Positions 58,740-64,000 of a stretch of DNA of 64,000 nucleotides are shown here, piece after piece. The translations under genes were made by a program, and so were the position numbers. The notes below the pieces were generated by a model that saw nothing but the letters and a program-made list of their open reading frames with translations, made no database searches and had not been told where the DNA came from. This DNA comes from Polyangium mundeleinium. Lineage in GTDB: Bacteria > Myxococcota_A > Polyangia > Polyangiales > Polyangiaceae. Location: NCBI RefSeq assembly GCF_028369105.1, contig NZ_JAQNDO010000001.1:1971711-2035710 (forward strand). Direction: 5' to 3'. How positions within the stretch are numbered: position 1 is the stretch's first letter; every line of letters begins with the position of its first letter.

Positions 58740-61700
58740 TCACATGGGCTTCTTGATGTTCCGGTACTTCGTCTTGCCGTTCGCGTCGCTGTAGGCTTCG
58801 AGGATCTCTTTGCGGTTCGTCCCGGTGGTGTACGAGACGTGCACCCAGCGGTTGAATTCGAAGATCACCTGATCGAAGGGCATCTTCGATTCGAACGCGA
58901 TGTAGTTGAAGACCTCCTTCACGGTCTTGCCGGAGACCTTGAAATCGGCGGCCTCGCCCTTCACGTGTTGCGACGTCGTCGATCCGCCGATGGCGGTGTT
59001 CAGCTTCTCGCAACGGAAGCCGCTGGAGACGGCGACAGAGGCGCCGAAATGCGCGCGGACCTTCTCCAGCACGTTGTCGCAGAGCGCCTTCATGGCTGCG
59101 ATCTCGGAGGCCTTGGGCGTGTTCTTGATGCCCTTCTTGTCGGCCGTCGAGGAGGCGATGAACTCGGCGAGCGTGAAATGCTCGCTGAGCTTCCCGTCGG
59201 TCACGTTGCCGTCGTACTTCTTTCCGCCGCCCGACGAGCTGGACGAGGAGCTGGACGACGAACTCGACGACGACGAGCTGCTCGTGTTCGACGAGCTCTG
59301 CGAGCCCGTGCTCGACGACGTTTGCGAGCTCGTATTCGACGACGTTTGCGAGCTCGTCGACGAACTCGACGACGACTGCGCGCTCGACGATGCCGCCGGC
59401 TGCGGGGCTGCCTCGCCGCTCGCCAGCGCGACGCGGTAGAGGAACGTGATCGGGTTGTAATGCCAGACCTTGGGGCTCGCGGGCAGCGGGACCTTCTTCC
59501 CTTGCGCCTCCTGCCACCAGATCGAGGGCTTCAGCCGATCCTCGAGCCCCCACGTGTTGAACCGGCCCTTCATCGCCGGGATCGCCTTCGACAGATCCAC
59601 GGCCCACTCGCTGATGAAGCGGCACGCATAGTTGCGCAGGTCCCGCGACTTGGGGTTCGTCTTGTAGAAACGGTGCAGCTCGTCGACGCTGAGGATCTCG
59701 TTCTCGTCGTAGAAGCTCCACGAGACCTCGTCCTGCTCCACCATCTTCAGGATGGCGTCGCAGTCCATGTTGAAATCGTCGTCCATGTCCTCGACCTTCT
59801 TGGCCCAGGGCAGCACGAACTCCTCCGAGAAGATCTCCCAGTGGACCATGCCGGTCCGCGCGCCGGTCGAGCCATACAGGCCCGACACCCAGAGCACGTC
59901 ACCCGTCTCCACCTCGCGATCGACCTTCGCCACGACGCCCTTGTCGAGCTCCTTCACGAGCGCCGCGTCGAGCTCGACGCCGCCATTGCCCGCCGGCGGC
60001 GGCGGCTGGCAGAGCTTGCCCCACGTCGTCCCGCCCGGATCCACGCGGCCGTCCGGCTTCTTCGCCCACGCCGACTGGAACGTCTTGATCGCGTCCTTCG
60101 TCGCCTGATCACAGGCGTCCTGGATCGCGCCCTTGTATTTGCCGTGCTTCTGCAGCCGCGTCTGCACCTTGCGGACGTCGGCCGCCTTGTTGATCCCGCC
60201 CTCGCCCACGGAGGCGGAGATCGTGTCCGTCGACGCCGGCTCTGTCGCGGGCTTCGGCGCGTGGAGCCATTTCACCGCCTTGAAGAGCTCGTTCGAGCCG
60301 TCGAACTTCACGGCCCCGAGGTGCATGTAGAGCGACCAGAACTTGTATTGCTTCTTCTCGTCGAGCTTCGGGAACGTGACCGCTTCGTGGTACGACTGGA
60401 ACCAGTCGCCCTTCACCGCGACATATCCCTTTTTCCCCTTCAGCGCCGCGTCCGCCGAGCGCGTCACCGTCACCTGGGCCCAGACGAACCCGTCCGCCGA
60501 GGTGTACTTGTCCGTGACGAGGTCGACGCGGTCGCCTTCCTTCAGCACGCCGACCTTGTCGGCCGATTTCGTGGCCTTCGCCCGCACGTTCACGTCCTGC
60601 GTGGCGCGATAGCCGATCACCTTGCCGCGCGGGGCCGTCTTGTTCAGCGTCGCCCCGTCGATCTCGTGCTGGAGCAGCACGAAGCTCATGCTGCCGTAAT
60701 GCGTGATCGCCTTCTTCGGGTCCGAGGGCAAACGCGCCGCGATGACCTTCCCCTTGTAAGGCGCCACGACCTGCGTCCCCTCGGCCACGTGCAGGTGCAC
60801 GCCGCCATGCCAGACCGTGTTCGCGCCGAGCGGGTAATACCCGCCTTTGCTCTCGACCTCGGTGTGCGCGTAGTACGCCGCCGCGTTCTCGGGCGAGGCG
60901 ACGCGCGAGTCCTTCAGCGCCACGGGGAAGCTTATCGGCGTGCGCCGCGGGCTCAGCGCGTCACCCTCGACGAGCGTGTAAATGATCGAGCGCGTCCCGT
61001 CCTTGCTCGCCTTCGGCGACAGCTCGTTCGTCGTCGTGTTCTTGAGCGAGTGATCCGTCTCGAGGAGCTGGATGAAGCGCAGGTAGTTCGCCATCCCCGA
61101 GAGGACCTGGCAGCCCTCGGACCACGCGCCCGCGCGATCCTCGGCGACCGTGTTCTTCTCGCCGCCGTAATGGATGTTGATCGACGCGTTGTCGTGCGTG
61201 CTCGCCGCGCTCTCGCCGACGGCGCCGACGTTGCTCGCGTCCGTGATGCGCGTGCACTTCACGTGCGGATCCGGGTTCAGCGCGCGATAGCCGAACCCCT
61301 TGATGTCCGCGTACGCCTTCACGCCCACGAGCGGTTTGTACTCCCTGTCCTTCTTGTGCACGGCCAGCTTGTACTTGTGCTGGCCGAGCAGGATGACGGC
61401 CGACGCGCCCGCCGACGTCCACTCCGTCGTGCACTGGAACTTCGAGACGGCTTTCTTGCCGTCCTTCTTGTAGATCAGGAAGAGGCAATCGTCGTATTTC
61501 GTGTTCGTGCTCGGGACGGGCACCATCGTGTCGAACTCGAACCCGCGCGCGCCGAGGAGGTTCATGCGGCCCTCCTCGTCCTGGAAATCGAACTCCGCCT
61601 TGCCCTCGTTGCCGAACCGCTTCTGCGAGCGCTTCCACACGTCGCGCAGGTGATCGTAGAGCTGCTCCTGCGAGAAGTTCTTCAGGTCGAACGTGGTCGT

Positions 61701-62492
61701 CGGCTCGCGGAGGATCACCTGATCGCTCGGGCCCGAGCTCGTGCTCTGGCTCTGGCCTTTCCCGCCGCAAAGGATGAAGAGCTGGTAGCGCGCGCCGAGC
61801 GTCAACCGCGAGTGGTCCTTCACCCAGGACTCCTTCGCGGCCGTCTCCCAGTTCTTCTCCTTGATGGCCTTGTTCATATTCTTGAACTTGTCGAGGCCGG
61901 AGTTGCCGACCGCGAAGGCCAGGTTGATGACGAGCGCCCAGGCGATGGCCGGGTAATCGAGGTAGCCGCCCTCGTGCTGCTTCGTGTTCGGATACGCGGT
62001 GTTGAACAGCGAGTCCGCCTTCGACTTCATCACCTCCGTGCACTTCTTCCGCGCCGTCTCCGTGCTGATCTGGCACTTCATCAGCGAGGCGTACTTCGAG
62101 GCGATCGGTGGTTTGTCGCTGTGGTCGTTGAAATGATCCTTCGCGGCGTCCCAGTCTTTTTTCTTGTCGGACGCGGAGGCCGCGGCGCCCGTGCTCTTCA
62201 ACGTCATCGGCAGGCTGTCGAGCGCGCTCTTCGCGCTGCCATCGAGCAGGAGGCCAATGCCGATCGTCACGAGCCCGAGGTGATCGCAGTACATGTGCGT
62301 CAGGCAGCCCTCGAACCGCCCCGCGAGCAGCGCGGCGATCTCCAGGCACTTCGCCGCGCCCACGTCGCGCACCGTCTTCCCGACGTACGGCGACACGTCT
62401 GCCCACACCGCGTCGAGCTCCCCCTGCGTGCAGACGCCGCCCTTGTCGGACGTGAGCTTGTCGGTGATGTACTTGTCGAGCTTCAGGGTCAT
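58740..62492 (-). CDS. Giant (1250 aa) multi-domain peptidoglycan hydrolase: N-terminal GH24 (T4-lysozyme-like) domain, a possible Cys-His domain, an M23/LytM-like peptidase domain, a PG_binding_1 domain, a Ser/Gly-rich linker and a C-terminal peptidase M15A (zinc D-Ala-D-Ala carboxypeptidase-like) domain. No signal peptide; candidate T6SS cargo effector.
   Basis: 'FEGCLTHMYCDHLGLVTIGIG' lysozyme motif. 'GGVHLHVAEGTQVVAPYKGKVIAA...HYGSMSFVLLQHE...SLYMHLG' is M23-like. 'VRKVQTRLQKHGKYKGAIQDACDQATKDAIKTFQ' is PG-binding. 'SQHVKGEAADF' is the M15 SxHxxGxAxD motif. Confidence 0.8.
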   Translation of the reverse strand: MTLKLDKYITDKLTSDKGGVCTQGELDAVWADVSPYVGKTVRDVGAAKCLEIAALLAGRFEGCLTHMYCDHLGLVTIGIGLLLDGSAKSALDSLPMTLKSTGAAASASDKKKDWDAAKDHFNDHSDKPPIASKYASLMKCQISTETARKKCTEVMKSKADSLFNTAYPNTKQHEGGYLDYPAIAWALVINLAFAVGNSGLDKFKNMNKAIKEKNWETAAKESWVKDHSRLTLGARYQLFILCGGKGQSQSTSSGPSDQVILREPTTTFDLKNFSQEQLYDHLRDVWKRSQKRFGNEGKAEFDFQDEEGRMNLLGARGFEFDTMVPVPSTNTKYDDCLFLIYKKDGKKAVSKFQCTTEWTSAGASAVILLGQHKYKLAVHKKDREYKPLVGVKAYADIKGFGYRALNPDPHVKCTRITDASNVGAVGESAASTHDNASINIHYGGEKNTVAEDRAGAWSEGCQVLSGMANYLRFIQLLETDHSLKNTTTNELSPKASKDGTRSIIYTLVEGDALSPRRTPISFPVALKDSRVASPENAAAYYAHTEVESKGGYYPLGANTVWHGGVHLHVAEGTQVVAPYKGKVIAARLPSDPKKAITHYGSMSFVLLQHEIDGATLNKTAPRGKVIGYRATQDVNVRAKATKSADKVGVLKEGDRVDLVTDKYTSADGFVWAQVTVTRSADAALKGKKGYVAVKGDWFQSYHEAVTFPKLDEKKQYKFWSLYMHLGAVKFDGSNELFKAVKWLHAPKPATEPASTDTISASVGEGGINKAADVRKVQTRLQKHGKYKGAIQDACDQATKDAIKTFQSAWAKKPDGRVDPGGTTWGKLCQPPPPAGNGGVELDAALVKELDKGVVAKVDREVETGDVLWVSGLYGSTGARTGMVHWEIFSEEFVLPWAKKVEDMDDDFNMDCDAILKMVEQDEVSWSFYDENEILSVDELHRFYKTNPKSRDLRNYACRFISEWAVDLSKAIPAMKGRFNTWGLEDRLKPSIWWQEAQGKKVPLPASPKVWHYNPITFLYRVALASGEAAPQPAASSSAQSSSSSSTSSQTSSNTSSQTSSSTGSQSSSNTSSSSSSSSSSSSSSSSSGGGKKYDGNVTDGKLSEHFTLAEFIASSTADKKGIKNTPKASEIAAMKALCDNVLEKVRAHFGASVAVSSGFRCEKLNTAIGGSTTSQHVKGEAADFKVSGKTVKEVFNYIAFESKMPFDQVIFEFNRWVHVSYTTGTNRKEILEAYSDANGKTKYRNIKKPM

Positions 62493-62514
62493 GGCATCGT
62501 CCCGCGAGCGCCGC

Positions 62515-62802
62515 TCACATCGAGAGTTCGAAGGAAGGCAGGACCTCGAGCGAATTCACGAGCACGGTCCCCTCGGCCGAGCGCGCGACGAGCCGGATCC
62601 CCATCTGCATCGCCGGCTTCTCCGGCGACTCGCCCGCCGCGGCCTCTTCCTCGGGGATCTCGGGATCCTCGGCGGGCGCGCCCTCGGCGCTCTCCTCCTC
62701 GGGCTCCGCGCCGCCCGTCGGGGCCGTCGTCGCGCCTTTCTCCTCCAGCGCGTCGTCTGCCTCCGAGATGAACTCGAGCCCGAGATCCTCGACGTCATCC
62801 AT
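62515..62802 (-). CDS. Small acidic protein (95 aa), immediately upstream of the giant hydrolase gene in the same operon. Function unknown (adaptor or chaperone candidate).
   Basis: pI strongly acidic. 'MDDVEDLGLEFISEADDALEE...' No signal peptide or TM. Confidence 0.4.
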   Translation of the reverse strand: MDDVEDLGLEFISEADDALEEKGATTAPTGGAEPEEESAEGAPAEDPEIPEEEAAAGESPEKPAMQMGIRLVARSAEGTVLVNSLEVLPSFELSM

Positions 62803-62816
62803 GGCCGCTCTCCCGA

Positions 62817-63449
62817 TCAGAACCCGTAAAACTCCGCGAGCGCCTTCTGCGTCGCCGCGTCGTACTTCCCCGTCACGCCGAGCTTTTGAATGCGCTGGAA
62901 GAACTCGATCGCGGCCGTGGTCTCGTCGCCGAGCTCGCCGTCGAGCTCGCCGCGGTAGAGGCCGAGGTTGTGGAGGCGCGTCTGCGCGCCGCGGATCGTG
63001 TCGATCGGATCGATGTCACCGAGCACCAGCGTGTACGTCTGTTGCCTGCGCGGCAGCGTCAGCACGAGGTCTTTCTGATCCGACGGCACCTCGGCTTCGA
63101 GCATCCCTTCGCCCGAGGTTTTTCCTTCGATCTCGTGCTCGCCGAACTCGATCCGGTAGGGCTCGTCCTTCAGCGGCTCGCGGTTTGCCGTGAGCCGGAG
63201 GTGGACCTTGATGCGCTCGCGGTGGATCACGAACCGGTGCGCCTTGCCCGTCTCGATCGGCGACTGCCGCGGCTTCGCCTTCGGCACCGTCACCTTGTCG
63301 CCCGGCGCGAGCACGTTCGGATCTTTGCGCGTCTTGCGCAGCGCCGCGTTCTCCGGCGCTTCCCATACCGTCTTCCAGGGGACGCCGTACTGCGCCGCTA
63401 TGGTGGCGATGCACTCCCCCGGTTTGACCTCGTGTGTCGTGCCTGCCAT
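62817..63449 (-). CDS. LysM-domain protein with a C-terminal peptidoglycan-binding (PG_binding_1-like) domain; no signal peptide.
   Basis: N-terminal 'HEVKPGECIATIAAQYGVPWKTVWEAPENA...LAPGDKVTVP' LysM. C-terminal 'TRLHNLGLYRGELDGELGDETTAAIEFFQ'. Start 'MAGTTHEV' chosen; the track ORF extends upstream of it. Confidence 0.7.
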   Translation of the reverse strand: MAGTTHEVKPGECIATIAAQYGVPWKTVWEAPENAALRKTRKDPNVLAPGDKVTVPKAKPRQSPIETGKAHRFVIHRERIKVHLRLTANREPLKDEPYRIEFGEHEIEGKTSGEGMLEAEVPSDQKDLVLTLPRRQQTYTLVLGDIDPIDTIRGAQTRLHNLGLYRGELDGELGDETTAAIEFFQRIQKLGVTGKYDAATQKALAEFYGF

Positions 63450-63487
63450 GGAGATCCGCCGACGATGATACACGCCGCGGCGCCCGA

Positions 63488-64000
63488 TCACTCCATCAAA
63501 AAACCCATCCGCGCAAAGCGCAGGAGTTTTTGCTCGGTGATCTCGGCGAAGACCTCGCCGTCCACGCAGGGCGCGCCGTTCATCTCCACCGACACCACGC
63601 CGCGCCGCGCGTCTTCGAGCGCCGCCGCCGTGAGCGCCGCGGCGTCGCGCGTTCCATCCATGCGCGCGAGGATCACCCGATCGAACGAGTCGACCTGCAC
63701 GCCTTCGTGCAGGAGCGTGGTGCAAAACGGGCTGCCGATGCTCGCCTGATAACGGGCGAACGGGAAGGCGCGTGGTCTTTCGTCGGGCGCCCGGGCCGCG
63801 GGCTTCGCCGAGGCCCAGAGCCGGATCGCGCCCTTCGTGTAGAGCCCGAGCAGGTTCCGCGCGAGCCGCGCCCGCGCCTCGCCCTCGAATGCGGCGAGCC
63901 CGAGCTTCTCGCCGGTCTCCCAGGCGAGCGCGTCGAACGAAAGCCCGCCCGGCGCATACGCGGCGAGCGCGACGAGCGCGGCCTTGAGCGTCGCCTGGTC
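63488..64000 (-). CDS. Hypothetical protein, 5'-partial (continues beyond the window end).
   Basis: The open frame on the minus strand runs from the window edge to the stop at 63488. Coding-like bias. No family recognized. Confidence 0.35.
   Translation of the reverse strand, partial: DQATLKAALVALAAYAPGGLSFDALAWETGEKLGLAAFEGEARARLARNLLGLYTKGAIRLWASAKPAARAPDERPRAFPFARYQASIGSPFCTTLLHEGVQVDSFDRVILARMDGTRDAAALTAAALEDARRGVVSVEMNGAPCVDGEVFAEITEQKLLRFARMGFLME

Overview
Window from a high-GC (about 70%) deltaproteobacterial, myxobacteria-like genome (MYXO-CTERM sorting signals, TIGR02232-type Cys-rich repeats, giant TPR proteins). It has three parts. (1) 1-13.6 kb: a HAD-like lipoprotein, an FGE-sulfatase (SUMF1) lipoprotein, two tandem translationally coupled giant TPR proteins (about 1680 and 1611 aa), a PHA-system small protein and a parvulin PPIase. 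(2) 13.6-34 kb: an accessory surface/secreted-protein region with a zinc-ribbon/Pro-rich/TPR protein, a secreted PLD(2xHKD)+VWD fusion preceded by a 12-copy 43-bp tandem repeat array, a low-GC islet with a 13-Cys miniprotein, GH16, and three MYXO-CTERM surface proteins (Kelch, FG-GAP, ~55-aa-repeat). (3) 34-64 kb: a type VI secretion system core cluster tssJ-K-L-M-A-B-C-hcp-E-F-G with no clpV/tssH in the window and tssM interrupted by an apparent frameshift. It is followed in the same orientation by a 1268-aa helical-repeat protein with a Pro/Ala tandem-repeat tail and a hypothetical protein, then on the opposite strand vgrG, a MORN/YwqK-repeat protein and a PAAR-like DUF4280 protein. Next come a duplicated pair of unknown genes with CarboxypepD_reg-like repeats, and a three-gene operon encoding a LysM/PG-binding protein, a small acidic protein and a 1250-aa multi-domain peptidoglycan hydrolase (GH24-lysozyme-like + M23-like + PG-binding + M15A). 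The most interesting candidates are this putative T6SS cargo 'super-effector' module and the unusual helical-repeat protein occupying the post-tssG position. Nearly all long antisense ORFs in the six-frame track are GC artefacts.
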